A DNA stretch of 64,000 nt from Takakia lepidozioides (lineage: Eukaryota; Plantae; Bryophyta), in assembly GCA_030704615.1 (NCBI GenBank), contig CM060731.1, positions 9,114,001 through 9,178,000 on the forward strand, read 5' to 3'. The stretch's first letter is position 1; each line of letters begins with the position of its first letter. A program made the translations under genes and the position numbers. Below the pieces are notes generated by a model that did no database searches, was not told where the DNA came from, and was given only the letters and a program-made list of their open reading frames with translations. This document shows positions 23,045 through 35,600 of this stretch, one piece after another.

Positions 23045-26000
23045 GACTAGTACAGGGGCTCACTAAATTTTTCCACTGCAGAGGGGTCAACTCTGAGGTT
23101 AAGAAAACCATGCTTTGTCGCGTTATTAGACCTGCCTTGGGCTATATGGGTTGATAACTCCAACCAGGCTAAGTCTCTAGAATCCATTCAAGTGGGGGTG
23201 CTTAAGGAGTGTATGTCAGCATGCTCCAAAACAGCCAATGTGGCTGTTCGGGGTGAGTTTGGCATTCCGTCCTTAAGCTCCCGACGAGATGAATTCAAGG
23301 TCAGATGGTGGGGTCAGCTGCAACATATGCCCAACACCAGATATCCTAAGTTAATCGACTTTATATCTTGGAAACAGGACCGCCCTGTCAAACAGGCCAA
23401 GTCCTGGCAGAAGAGAGTAGAAGAGATCCTCAAGGACCTGGACCTGGATCCGCAAGTCTTGACCCTGCTGGATAAATCTGACTTAGAGGCTGTAGTGTCC
23501 TCAGCCATGTCTGTTGCCATGAGATTGTCTGATGAAAATGAAGTCAGGCAGAAAACTTCCCTGAACTTGTTTCCAGTCTGTGACATGGGGGAGGACATCT
23601 TGGATGACCTCAAGGGTCTACCCACTCTCGGCACCAGACTGAAATTTAAACTCAGGGCAGGAAGCCTACCTTTGAACAGCAAACAGAAGCAGAGAGGAAA
23701 GGGAGAGTGCAATTGCCCGTTGTGTGGGCAATCTGAAGACAGTATTCATTTTCTGACACACTGTCCGGGGTTCTCTCACCAAAGAGACGCTCTCTTCAAA
23801 TCTATTAAGGGAATTGTGCCTGTACCCCTGTTTACCAACTTTGAAAGTCTCGAGGCTGAACCAAAAGCCCAGGCCCTCCTGAGGCCTAGTTTTTGGGCAA
23901 ATCACACACAGCAGATTGATGCTTGTGTGAAGGGATTTCTAGAGGATATCTGGAAAACCCGGATTAATTCTTTATATGGAGGTAAGTCTTACTACCAACG
24001 TCAGCCCCTGACAGAGGTAGGTTCTGTCCCTTCTGTTCCCGCTCAAACTGGGCGCGGGGTCAATGGCCACAAGGCTACGGCAAACAACGTCTTATGAGTA
24101 CAATCTCCTGACTAGTACATCAGTTATGGAAAACTACCACTAAGCTTCATACAGATTTCTCACTGACCCTTAGTACCCCAGACACCAAGAGTCAGACGCA
24201 AATTCATCCACCTAACCTCATACTGACAGAGTATTTATCATTCATCTCTTCAGTCTTCAGGCTGCCCACACAACATCGGGCAATTCTTCCTCTCTGCATC
24301 TGTTTATTGTTCAAAGGTAGGCTTCCTGCCCTGTGTTCAATCTCAGTCTTGTGCCGGGGCTACGAAGACCTTTGAGATTATCCTTAAGGTCCTCGCCCAT
24401 GTCACAAACAAGTTCAGGGAAGTTTTATGCCTAACTTCATTTTCATTGGACCATCTTTGGGCATCAGACATGGCTTTGGACGCAACCCCCTCCAGGTCAG
24501 CTTCATCCAGTAGGGTCAATTCTTCTGGACTAATATTCAGATACTTGAAAATCTTTCCGCCAAGACTTAGCCTGTTATTCGACCCACCATCTGACCTTGA
24601 ATTCATCACGTCGAGAGCTTAAGGTATGTCATGCGCGACCTGAAAAGCCATATTAGCTGTTCTAGAACAAGCCGACTGCTTTCTTTGAGCACGGCGACCT
24701 GAATAGATTCTAGGGATTTGGCATGGTTGGAATTGTCGACCCACACAGCAGATGCTTACTCCAATGGCCTAATAATGTTGCAAAGCATGGTCCTTTCAAC
24801 TTCAGTATTAATCACTCTGCAATAAAGGTGCCCAGCTGTAGACCAGCTTTATGCATATGAATTGCTGGACATCTAGGTGGCTTTTGAATGCTCTAGACAT
24901 CCTGGAATTCTGCATTGGTGGGTCTGTTTTATTGTGTGTAGGCTTTGAGGATTGGCATTGAGCATGCCATATCCCATATCCTTCATTTACGCGTTGATCA
25001 ATCCCTGCATACAAGGACATGTCTTTTTCTTCTGGGGCAACCTCTTCCATGGCTTCAAACAGATTGGAAACGTTCAGTTTGAAGTCGCTATCCTTGACTG
25101 ACTTCCCTGAGCGCTTGAATCACCAATGTCTAAGATCACTCTCCAACCAGTCAAGGGTCGAAGGTCTCTGAGATTGATTTGAAATGAATCTCTACTTGTA
25201 ACATTCTTAGACATTGGCACCTTCAATGCACCTCTGATACCAAGTCTCAAGATGGTGCCATCAGCCACATGATTCAAGCCTAAATTTGAGCTAGTTGTAA
25301 AGGACACATCATCCATCCTGGGATTCACCCCAAAAAGTACACATGAAGCTCTAGATTTGGCATTAGTGACCAGTTCCCAGGAATCACCCTGGGGAATATG
25401 GACAATATCCAGAACAATTTCAGGGAAATTTTTGTATTGTGCAGGCTATATTTCTAAACACAAGGGCAAACCCTGTCCAGGTGCCGAGCATGCAAGACAG
25501 CATGCAAATGCCCACTTTGAGCAGAGTGTCATCCCCAAGCAGTAGGGATCCGCTTGTTACCATTTAGAGATCATCACACCAAAGGAGCTGCAGGGAATGG
25601 CCCGTGTAGACATATTCTAACGAAGGAGCGACCCCGTACTCTCCAACTAAATCCAATGTACTGCCTTACCAGAAGCAGTCTACTGCCTTAGCAGAAGCAG
25701 ACTGCTTCAGGTCAAGACAAACATAGGGGTCTCATGGCCGGCATTTAGTCGCAGATATTTATCTACTCCCATATCAAGTCCACCCAATGTCCTAGTGAGC
25801 AGGGAGAGGAGAGGGAGAGAGAGAGACCTGTGGTCTCATTGACAATTCCTTGCAAAATTTGGCCGTAACTACTCTTGATGACCTAGTTCCGATGGTATAC
25901 GCACCGGCCCAAAGCCAGTTATGGGGTTGCAACTATTGGACTCACTCAGAGTTCCCAGAGTGCTTGGCACAGTTGACGACAATCTGGGTACACTGCTATT

Positions 26001-27251
26001 ACCCTCTAGTGGGAAAGGAATGGATGCTTACATTGACAGTCATGCTTTCACATGTAAAGACTAGAGAAATGAATTACAAACAAACAAGACTTTATAGCAC
26101 CCACAGGAAACCCAAAGACCTCACATGTTTGTGAAGTAGACATTAATATATGGGCTTATGGAGAGTGGTTCCAGGCATGCAGTTTGGATGTGAAGTGGTG
26201 GTTGTGAATGTGAACAGGTGTGGACCCTGCCAGTACATGGTGTCCATTCTGAATGAGGTTGGGCAGACCTTGAAAGATCATATTCGTGTTGTAAGTTGTC
26301 TCACTTTGTCTCTGCCCGTGTCCCTCTCCTTCTAAGACTAGTGTCAACGCTCTGCAATGGTCTTTGGACAGATAGTATGGTTGTGAGGCTAGAAGTCAGC
26401 TTTCCGACAAACGTTAAGTGGTCCATTGCAAGTGAGTTTGAGCCGTTCCCCACTATTTTTGTGCTCAATCCAAACCTGGCACAGGGTTTGTACTCACAAG
26501 GTTGCAGCTAGCACACTTTGGAATCATCTGCCCATCCCTTACAACTCCCCATTGTATGCCCTCTGCATGTAGTGTGTTTGTCATTCCATGTTCCAGTTTC
26601 ATTGTTCGATAGTTTGAAGATGGTGGGTTTGGCAGGTGAAGATTGATACAGAGAAGTATCCCAATTTAGCATCCCGATATGATGTGCACGCTCTTCCAAC
26701 CTTTGTTCTCTTTCAGAATGGGAAACCCATCGACCGTTTTGTGCGTCATTCTCCTCTTTCTTTACCTGAGTCTTAGTATTTCTGCTTGTTAAGACTTGCA
26801 TTGGGAAAGGATGACACCTCATACACTACTCAAAGCTAACACCTGGGCCAATAGTAAGATCTTTCCCTCTGTTAGACCAATTTTTCCAATTTTAAGCCTA
26901 TTCAAACACTAATAATGTTTGTTGATTGCTTTGTCGGCAAAAGATACTCGGTGCCTGTCACTACCATGTCCTGCTTTTGAAAGTTTTGCTGCAATATTCT
27001 GATTTGAAAGTGATCTGTCATTAAAAAGAGTTGTTTCTCAGTGAAGAACTATGTTGTCTTGTTAACAACTTACCATTGGGGCGGGGTTTTATTCGCCTTA
27101 TCTGTAGTACAGCATCAATTTCAGAAAACATGTAGATTTGCAGGCATGTATCTAAACTTGCAGATGATTGATGCAGGAGGGTGCACTTCCAGCAGAAAAT
27201 CTCATCCATCGCATTCAAGATGTCCTCCCATCTTCACGAGCAAAAGTGTGA
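20867..27251 (+). CDS. TRX-Y: plastid thioredoxin y; exons ~20867-21139, 22192-22219 (tentative), 22323-22416, 26218-26290, 26636-26740, 27177-27251
   Basis: Ser-rich transit peptide; KKTFSSFDDMLNQSDVPVLVDFYAIW|CGPCQYMVSILNEVGQTLKDHIRV|VKIDTEKYPNLASRYDVHALPTFVLFQNGKPIDRF|EGALPAENLIHRIQ; phase-consistent GT-AG sites. Confidence 0.92.
22532..22900 (-). mobile_element. LINE 3' fragment (copy 1 of intronic family)
   Basis: Reverse complement matches the 3' end of 23055-24103 (GGCCACAAGGCTACGGCAAACAA..CTTATGAG) and ends in TCTCTCTC. Confidence 0.85.
23013..23042. repeat. (TC)15 microsatellite
   Basis: Direct reading. Confidence 0.95.
23055..24103 (+). mobile_element. 5'-truncated RTE/RTEX-like LINE (copy 2) with 16-bp TSD
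   Basis: ORF 23192..24097 with AVRGEFG and CPLCGQSEDSIHFLTHC (LINE C-terminal CCHC); TSD TCTCCTGACTAGTACA at 23039-23054 and 24104-24119. Confidence 0.85.
24120..25800 (-). mobile_element. LINE copy 3 of the same family, decayed and internally deleted
   Basis: ~24240-24830 is a diverged reverse-complement copy of ~23077-23760; extension to ~25800 (next to a GA-rich tract) is tentative. Confidence 0.65.
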
Positions 27252-28179
27252 GAAAATGATAGACAGAAATCTTGGTCATGACACTGACATATGCCATGCG
27301 TATCTCTTGTAGAGAGTATGTTAGACACTGAGCTAACAGTTGGGTTTCGTGTTCATCAGGTGTCTGCTAAAGAATTTAAAGGTCTTGGATGTTCCACACC
27401 ACTGCATTTGGGAGAGCACTAACTTTCAGCTCAGAAGTAGGCCTAATACATCACTTCTGCTCATGTGCTTGGGTCTTGGGCTCTGATCCAGGAATCCAGG
27501 AGTGCCTGAAACTAAGGCCTGCGGAGACCACTGCTGCCACAAGTAATATTTTTGAAGATGGGTAGCTTACACCTGTGTAAGTGTCCTCGCCAGCCTCGAC
27601 AGGACCCTTACGCGGAGTCAGGAATCCATGCTAATATTCTGCTTGGGGAACGCCCTGAAAATACAAAGGATCAAAACCAGTAGTGCTTGATGCAGGGCTT
27701 CTTCTAAAACTGAGCACCTCACCCCTACTGTCACTTCCTAAAGGGTGGGCAGGAGAGTTGTCATTTGACGAGCAGCGATGATGAACAGCAATTGTGCATT
27801 GAGAATGTGTGCTTGAAGGAAAAGTTGAATCACGTTGTTGCTTTGGTCACAAGTTGACCTGCCTCAAAATGACCCCTCTTGCTCTTCCAAGCTCGGCTCT
27901 TGATCTCCAAATGGGCAGGGGAAGCTTCAGGAGCTGTCAGTCCATTTGTTATACATGACAGATTAGTGTGATCATAAAACTTGTCAGCTTGGGCCAGTCA
28001 AATTAATTTGCGTTGAAGTCATGTGGCGGAGGTCGTACAGTCTCATATCATCATATCCATTTGATATTTGTTGTGATGATCTCGCCCAAGTTCAGAATTA
28101 TTACAGCATCGTCAATATATTGCAACTAAGTAATCGCGTTGCACGAAAAGTAGGGGACCAAATTTATTCCCGTTGTTAA

Positions 28180-30037
28180 CCCTTAAACGCCCAGTGCCCT
28201 GTGTAATTGACTTTTTTTTAAATAGTTGACCCTCAGCCCAGAAAAACTCGCATACAGCCTTTTTGTTTTTAGGCGAAAAATAGCCAAAAAGCTACAAAAA
28301 ATGTGGGCCCGCGGCACCCCAATTCAAAAAACGGGGGCAAAAATAAAAAATATCCGGGGCGGGGCCCTGGCCAACTGGTGGGGAACCCACCCTTTTCGCC
28401 TGGGAACTAGATGGCGCCCTAAATCCAAGGGCTGGCGCCCCATCGCATCAAGAGTTAGTGAGCTTTCGCCACCTGCAGCTATCTCCACCGTCCGATCTCC
28501 AGCCAATAGCCATATTGCACATGTATATGTAGCCATATTGTAGCCATATATTTAGTATCCATATTGCCATATTGCACAATACTCTACATACCTGTAGCCA
28601 GGTAGGATCCAGACAGACATTGTACATGTCGCCACCTCTGCACTTAACCCCCAAAAAATTTCGCCACCTCCACGACTTGGCAGAAATGAAAAAAATTGCG
28701 AAATTTGACCTGACATTAGGTTCCTACCTACCTCTTGCATACACCTGGAAATTTTCAGCCCAATCAGTGAAAGGCCACTAAAAGTGGGCTAAAAGTTGCA
28801 ATAAATTCCAACTTTCACTGACGGGATGAAATTTGTTTGGGTTCGTCCTATGAGTAGGTGTTGTCCAGCACATTGGGCCTTTGTTGAACCAATAATTGGC
28901 CAAATTGAAGCTATATTTTTTGATTGGCTGCTGGTCAAAGTAAGGGGGGTCAAAAAACAGTTTGACAGCGGTTTTGGCTAAGTGCTTTTGAAGCACAAGG
29001 CCAGCAAATTGACAGGTACCTGAGGTAGGGGAATCGAACCTGAGCCGGGGATAAGCTGCGCCAGGGGAATCGCCTCCCACCCAAAGGACATGCAAGAGTT
29101 AGGGAATCCAATTCCCCAACTCGCGCTCGAAGACTACCAGATCTACGATCTGGTCGATCAAATATGTACCCCAAACGCCCGAAAAATCAAATCAGCTATA
29201 GGTGAGCCGACGTTTAAGCGGCTGTCCGAATAGAAGTGGCAGCGTGCATTGGGCCCACATGGCCATTGCATGCCCCTTCAAAGTGGCTATTGCATGTGGG
29301 GCGCACATGGCTAACATCTAGCAAGCTGACTCAACTCAACTAGCGTGGCTATGTGCATTGGGCCCACATGGCTATTGCATGCCCCTTGAAAGTGGTTATA
29401 GCATGCGGGCCCCACATGACTACCACATGCCCTGTGAAAATGGCAGGTGCATGTGGGGCCCACATGGAATCCATGCCAAGGAATGCTAGGGAAGGTTCTA
29501 GAACGGAGGTGATTTTGGCAAGGTATAGCCCAAAGTGGGAGCTCAGGCAAGGACCAGAGGGTGCAGGAGGATCGAGTCGGGTGGGTGATTTCAAGGTGCG
29601 GGAGGAGTGGGCCCAGGTCTACGTGCAGACTGCAGACAAGGAGATGGAAGGATTTTGGAAGACGGTGGTTTACTTGGGGCGGAAGGGTTGTTTGGTACTG
29701 TGCTGATCCGCACGACTTGAGGGATGTACTGTAAATAAGTGGCGTACGAGTTACTACTGATCCACGGGTGAGGTCTGTAGTCCCCTTGCTTATTACATGC
29801 GCTGTAAAGACTGTTGATATAAAGACGAACCGACGAGGTTTTATGCTGACTTGTATTATTATTATGTCATACTCTCCGTATTGAAGGCCAAATTTTCTGC
29901 TCGAAATTACATCTCCAATGCATTTGGCTGTATTCCATTATGACGCTATATGCCTCTGCACCGAATTTATATTACATCAAAGTGAATACATCATGCTGGG
30001 CCCGCGGCCCATTTTGGGCCTCGCGGGCGTTTATCGG
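28180..30037. mobile_element. piggyBac-like non-autonomous element
   Basis: TTAA on both sides (28176-28179, 30038-30041); TIR CCCTTAAACGCCC vs reverse complement CCGATAAACGCCC (11/13); internal tandem repeats at ~29240-29470. Confidence 0.7.
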
Positions 30038-31391
30038 TTAAACCTGGGCAGTTCCAGCACTGGACACAGGGTCCTCCCATCTGTATTTTGTAGTGTTGAC
30101 TGTTGTCCTGGTATGGCAATTAGCAACCCGGGCCCTAGCAGGTATAGATAACCGTCAAGAGGGTGATTTGTGAAAATACAGAAAATATGTAACTGGTGGG
30201 GGCAGCTCTGTATCTAGTCACAAGGTCAAGCGTTTTTTTAAACATTGCATGTACACTGGCATGTCGGCTCAACGGATCAATCCATATTTTTAAAAAGTTA
30301 AACACGAAATTCTTGTTGTAAACCGAATTAGTACTTGGCCTGGGGCAAGAAATGTACTTTGAACTACACAACATTTTGGCTCAACTTTACAAAATTCCCT
30401 AAATAGCCTAAGGTATCCTGGTACAATGATGGATGCTATTTACAAGTATTTATTTATTTTAGATATATTTTTTTAAATATTGGACCGGCTATAGTAGGTC
30501 ATCCCATTGAAAGCTTGTCATCCAAATGTGTAGTCAAAATGACAGAAATATGTAAGATTCAATGTACACGTATATGCCAAAATTTCATATTGATTCAACG
30601 TTATACAATATATATACACACTTGACATTAGATATTAATGGTGTTTCATCTTGCATCATCCATGTCCACTAGTGGTTGGTGATGATACATGCTTGTTTTC
30701 ATCCAACTTAAAAGTTGTCATCCTTAAACATTAATCATCATGTTTAATATGTCCAAAACATATTTTAATGTGTTTTAGGTTGTCCACATCATACCAAAAT
30801 ATCCATGGGGTTCACTAACAGAGAAAAATATTGGGTCAGCGTTCTTGCAATTGCTCCTCTCTTGTAATCTGCCGTATTCTGTGGCTCTCTTTTCCGGGCT
30901 TGCATCAAGGCCTGTAGTTAGATATGCCTCACATAGAGAGTGGCATGCAAGGACGGATGTGCTGGCTAGGGCAGGACCTAATTGACTTTGTGATGAGTTA
31001 GTGTGAAATGTATAGTCATTTCCTTCATATTTATGCTTGAGCAATCCATGCTTCGGTCCACTTCCATAGTACCACACAAAAATGATGTTAGATTTGTAAC
31101 TTGGATGTCATCTTCCAATGCAAAATCTTGTAAATAAATCAATTTTGTAGAGTCTTCTATTATATCCAAGTTTGACGTCGTAACATGTTGGAATTGCTCC
31201 ATTCTTTCTATTGAATTAATTAATGCAATGCATCAACCTTTTTTGGATCAACATGACATACTGATGCAAATTTGGGCCTTGACCTTGGAATAGAGATTGA
31301 TTACCATCAATATTATACAACCATTAATTGGGGATCATGAGCATTATTTTTCTACTTGACCTAAGAAAGTGTGTCTTTCATGTAAAATGAA

Positions 31392-32198
31392 CCCCTAATG
31401 GACGAGTCGCGTCAGAAATCATCCACGATGGCAAATCATTGGATGACCTCGGATGAAAAAACTTTCTGAACGAAAGTTGTGTGCGCCTTGATATCATGCA
31501 CCTGCCTATCTTTATGGCACCCTAAAATAATAAAAGCCTTTAGTGTGCAGAGGTACCCAAAATTGGCTGTCCAGCAGCTTTGACTTAGCGACATGGTAGG
31601 GCTGAAGGGGTGACAACAAGGCAAAAGTACAAATGGAAACAAATGCAACTCTCTGCCTGAATTTTTGTTAGATTTCTGAGTTTCTTTTTGGAGGTAGTAG
31701 TTCATCATTCAAGAAACACTTTCATCGCAGCAATTGTGATTCCAAGGAAATTTTGACGCCCTAAGCCTGAATTACATGTCATTTGAGCTTCATGGTGTGT
31801 TTTGACCCCCCTGTTGTTTCATTCAAAGCAACCTTATCAAGATTTTGGAATTCTGCTTTGAAATTTTGGGGCAACATGCTTTAGGTGGCACATAATTGGA
31901 ATCTGGATGGGGTCTTGTGAGGAATTTTTTTTTTTGTCGATCCAATTTCCTGGTCAAACAATTTTTCCACTCTAAATTTGGAGTGTACCCCAAATTTTGG
32001 GCTTGAAAATTTCTTATAATCTTCCAAACGACACGGTGAAATGAGCTGAAATTTTCATAGAAGCTGGATGAAATAGGTAGTCTCCCATTCATACGGTTCA
32101 TCCCTGTGGATGTTAGTTTCCTGATAGCTATACCCTCATCCGTGAGGGTATGTCTGTTTTGGAGGGGGCCCACCAAAAACTGCCTCGTCCATTAGGGG
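31392..32198. mobile_element. second piggyBac-like MITE
   Basis: Perfect 15-bp TIR CCCCTAATGGACGAG / CTCGTCCATTAGGGG; flanks TGAA (left) and TTAA (right). Confidence 0.75.
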
Positions 32199-32849
32199 TT
32201 AAAGTGATGTGACTTACTAATGCCCATAAATGAATCACATCACAAAGGTATTTTATATTCTTTCCAATCTCAAATGTCCTCCAATTGATTGACAAACACA
32301 TTTAATTCTTGTTTGTTTGCTTTAGCCTCATGTGTAAGGGAGATCAAGTCTTAAATCATTAATGACAAATATTCTTTATGTAATCAATGCAAAACACATT
32401 GTGCATAGTACAAGGTGATGCATACTCTCAATGACGTCAGTATAGAATACATAATACATACACTAAAGACACTCTTCAAAGAGCGAAATACCTCTTCAAC
32501 AAACCTAGCTACCAAAGGAAATCTTGACTAACAAGTAACTAGGTGAGTGCTAGCATTGAACTAAAATGAGTCCATGCAAGTAGAAAATGAGCTGGACATG
32601 TGACTTTGGATGAATATAAAAGGTCATTGGTGCTCTATAGGTCATTGGTCATTGGTGCTTATAAAAGGTCATTGGTGCTCTATAGAACTTCGCCACAATG
32701 TTGATAGTTTTCCAAATTCTATGATGAATCCACAGCAGGCTGCCATCTTCACTTCCCTGCAATCTCCTTGGAATTTTGCAACCCTCAGCAATCAGCATAT
32801 TAAGTAGAAGCCCTCACATGTGCCCGTCCCAAAAACCACCACAAAATTA

Positions 32850-33420
32850 ATTGTGTGTTAGTGAGGATGCACGAGGTGAATTGCAGGCGTCCACACTTGC
32901 TATCGAGGTCAAATATGCATCCTACTGGTAGCATATGTAAAATGAGGTCGGGTAAGTATCATTGCTCGCTCGATGCAGCCTATAGGAGTTCGAGAATGTG
33001 TACAACGTGGCGAAAGGGGTTGGTAGACCTTTCCATGGATGGGCGTTCCAGTATTACCTGCATAAGTTAGCTGTCTCTGACAGTTTTTCTATCCAGGCAC
33101 GAAAGTATGAGAGTGCTGGTGATTTTGGAGAGAAGTACGAGATTATCGGTGACAAAACGATTTTTTGTGAGGGTAACAACGAGTTGGAGTGCAATGAGTC
33201 CCTTTGCAAGTGGATGTAAAGTCAAAGTACTGGTATCCTCACTACAGGCAGTTCTCTTGTGTTGACTGTGTTTCGAAGTGCCAGAAAATTACCGCCGATG
33301 GACAAGGCGACTGGAAGATATATGATATTTTAGCTTACATCCAGATAACTATTAATGACAAGCACTCACTGGATGGAAACCGGATAATGTCCATAGCTTC
33401 CTTGTATAGCACATCAATGT
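32850..33420 (+). pseudogene. Crinkler/RHS-like restriction-endonuclease-fold relic
   Basis: GWAFQYYLHKLA...YWYPHYRQFSCVDCV...YIQITINDKHSL resembles the GxxFExxxH...YYxPxxxNFPxID...FQITVxxxH pattern; stops and frameshifts present. Confidence 0.5.
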
Positions 33421-35278
33421 AGAGCATTTTCTCTTCTGGATAACTAGTAAGATTCATGTGTGTATCTGATAGTGTGGAAACTTCGTTTGCATCTTGTGAA
33501 CCAAAATGGTGGGTTGTCTTCTAATAACATTCTTGAATTACAAAACAGAGCTCTCGGCCTTGTATTGAAACAATGGAGGTGCGAGCCGACATAATGAGAT
33601 GTATCTCTTGTGGTTATCTTACTACACAGATTTTGAGCGACCATATCTGATCATCCAGCTGGTTGCTCAGTGCAAAAAAAAATTCTTTATCCACAAAAAA
33701 TTCCAAGATTATCTCAACCTTATTTTTGCATAACACACATGGGTGCATGACTTGTGAAGGGAAACGACGGTTCACCTTATGACGGTCATAGACCGGTTGC
33801 CGGCGCATCAAGAGGTGATCAAGCTTGAAGTCAAAATTGACACAGATCCCATATGCTTTGGAGTACTTCAGGATGAATCAAGAGGCTTCATATTGTATAA
33901 GGATGATGATAGTACCATTCTTCTGCACAAACATACTTTTAGGGGGCATCGTGGGTCTTCGCACGAACCATATGATGAGTTTGTTTTTAGGGTGTATCAA
34001 AGTGGACTCCACTTCAAGTGGTTCTTTTGCAACCAGATTCTCACGGAAGAAGATAAACTCCTCATCATGGAAATTTATGATCGTCAAATATGTCATATTT
34101 TCAAGTGGGCATGAAGATGCGATCCAGAAGCTCAACTCGCTTGTCGAGGCTGATGCCTCCAATTCTGATATCAGTGATGACGTTTATGGTGACCAGTTGA
34201 GGAGGATCGAGTCTTTCAACGTATTGTCATCCTTCACATCCTTTCTGCGTGAAGTGCTTCGACTTCCAAGTACAATAAAAATGAAGCAAGATTGAAGTTT
34301 ATAAGTAGATAATCGATAGGTTAATACTTAATTTGAATGATAATCACAACATTGTAGATTGGTTTTGTGTTGTTTGTATAGCATACTTAAAACCTAGATT
34401 GACTTAAACATTTGGGTTTATGAAATCTGCAAGCCATTAGCAAGACATTGGAATGTGACATTTGATTACGTCCTTACAAAACACAATCTCAATGACAATT
34501 AAGCTAACTAGAAACTCTTTAGTAACTTACAAATTTGATCAATTTGCTTGTAACCCTTAGGTTACTCCATATATATTATAAATCTCCTCCAAGAGATTAT
34601 ATCCCATAGTCACCAAGCTTGTACACAAAGTGAACAAATATTTGTTCATGTTTTTGCATTCACACTTGTCTTGAGCTATCTTGACTGTCATCAGTACCTT
34701 CGTAATAGATGTCACAACTTTATTACTATTATGTTTGTGGTGGCATCCATCCAAAATTCGCAAAATAATTTCTATCCATTGCCGATATTGCCGCATAATG
34801 TCGTCGGTATAGTCTTTTACAGCTTGACGCAAAGTTGGAACCATGGTAGTATTTGATCAAAATCATCTACAATCAAATATATAGGCTCATTAAAGCACAT
34901 CCATATTGTGTTATTCGTTGCTTCACAATTATAGTCGTTCCGTTAATTTTTATTCCCGAAACAAATGACATTTTGAAAACCAAATAAGTGGAAGGGATTT
35001 GCACATTTAAAAATTCTAGTTTTCAAACCTACATTGACATATATATGTTAAAAATTTGTCTAAAATATGTAAATTAATACTAAAGATCAATTTAATTAAG
35101 ACAAGTTCAGAGCATGCGAAATTTTAGTAGATAGTCACATATTAATTTGTCAGATTCATCATGCTGAGTATCTTTCACATTTTGCACGTGTATAAATCAA
35201 AACCCTATTCGGGTATATTTTGCAAAAAAAACACTTGGATATGTTGGTAATTGGTATTTGGGTGAATGTCAAGCATTG

Positions 35279-35600
35279 TTTTTTTTTTAAAATTATAAAG
35301 GAAACCTGGGAGCAACAGCCCACAATTCAGGCCCTTGAGGAGGGGGAAAAAGTAACCCCTTTCATTTATGGGCCAAGAGACCTACAGGACGATCAACGCT
35401 AGACATACCACAATTCAGGCCCTTGAGGAGGGGGAAAAAGTAACCCCTTTCATTTATGGGCCAAGAGACCTACAGGACGATCAACGCTAGACATACCGTC
35501 ACAAACAATCCCACACACGGGGTAGGGCAGCGGGTTTGAACCCCGAACCACCATGGCAACGCATTGTGCACTTACCAGCTGAGCTCCCAGCCAATGTGCC
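35279..35600 (-). mobile_element. tRNA-derived SINE containing a perfect 88-bp tandem duplication
   Basis: On - strand: A box AGCTCAGCTGG, B box GGTTCAAACC, poly-A (T10 at 35279-35288 on +); 35320-35407 is identical to 35408-35495. Confidence 0.75.

Noticed and set aside
27620-27650. U6 snRNA-like match (CCATGCTAAT on +)
   Set aside because: Only about 10 nt match; flanks do not follow U6.
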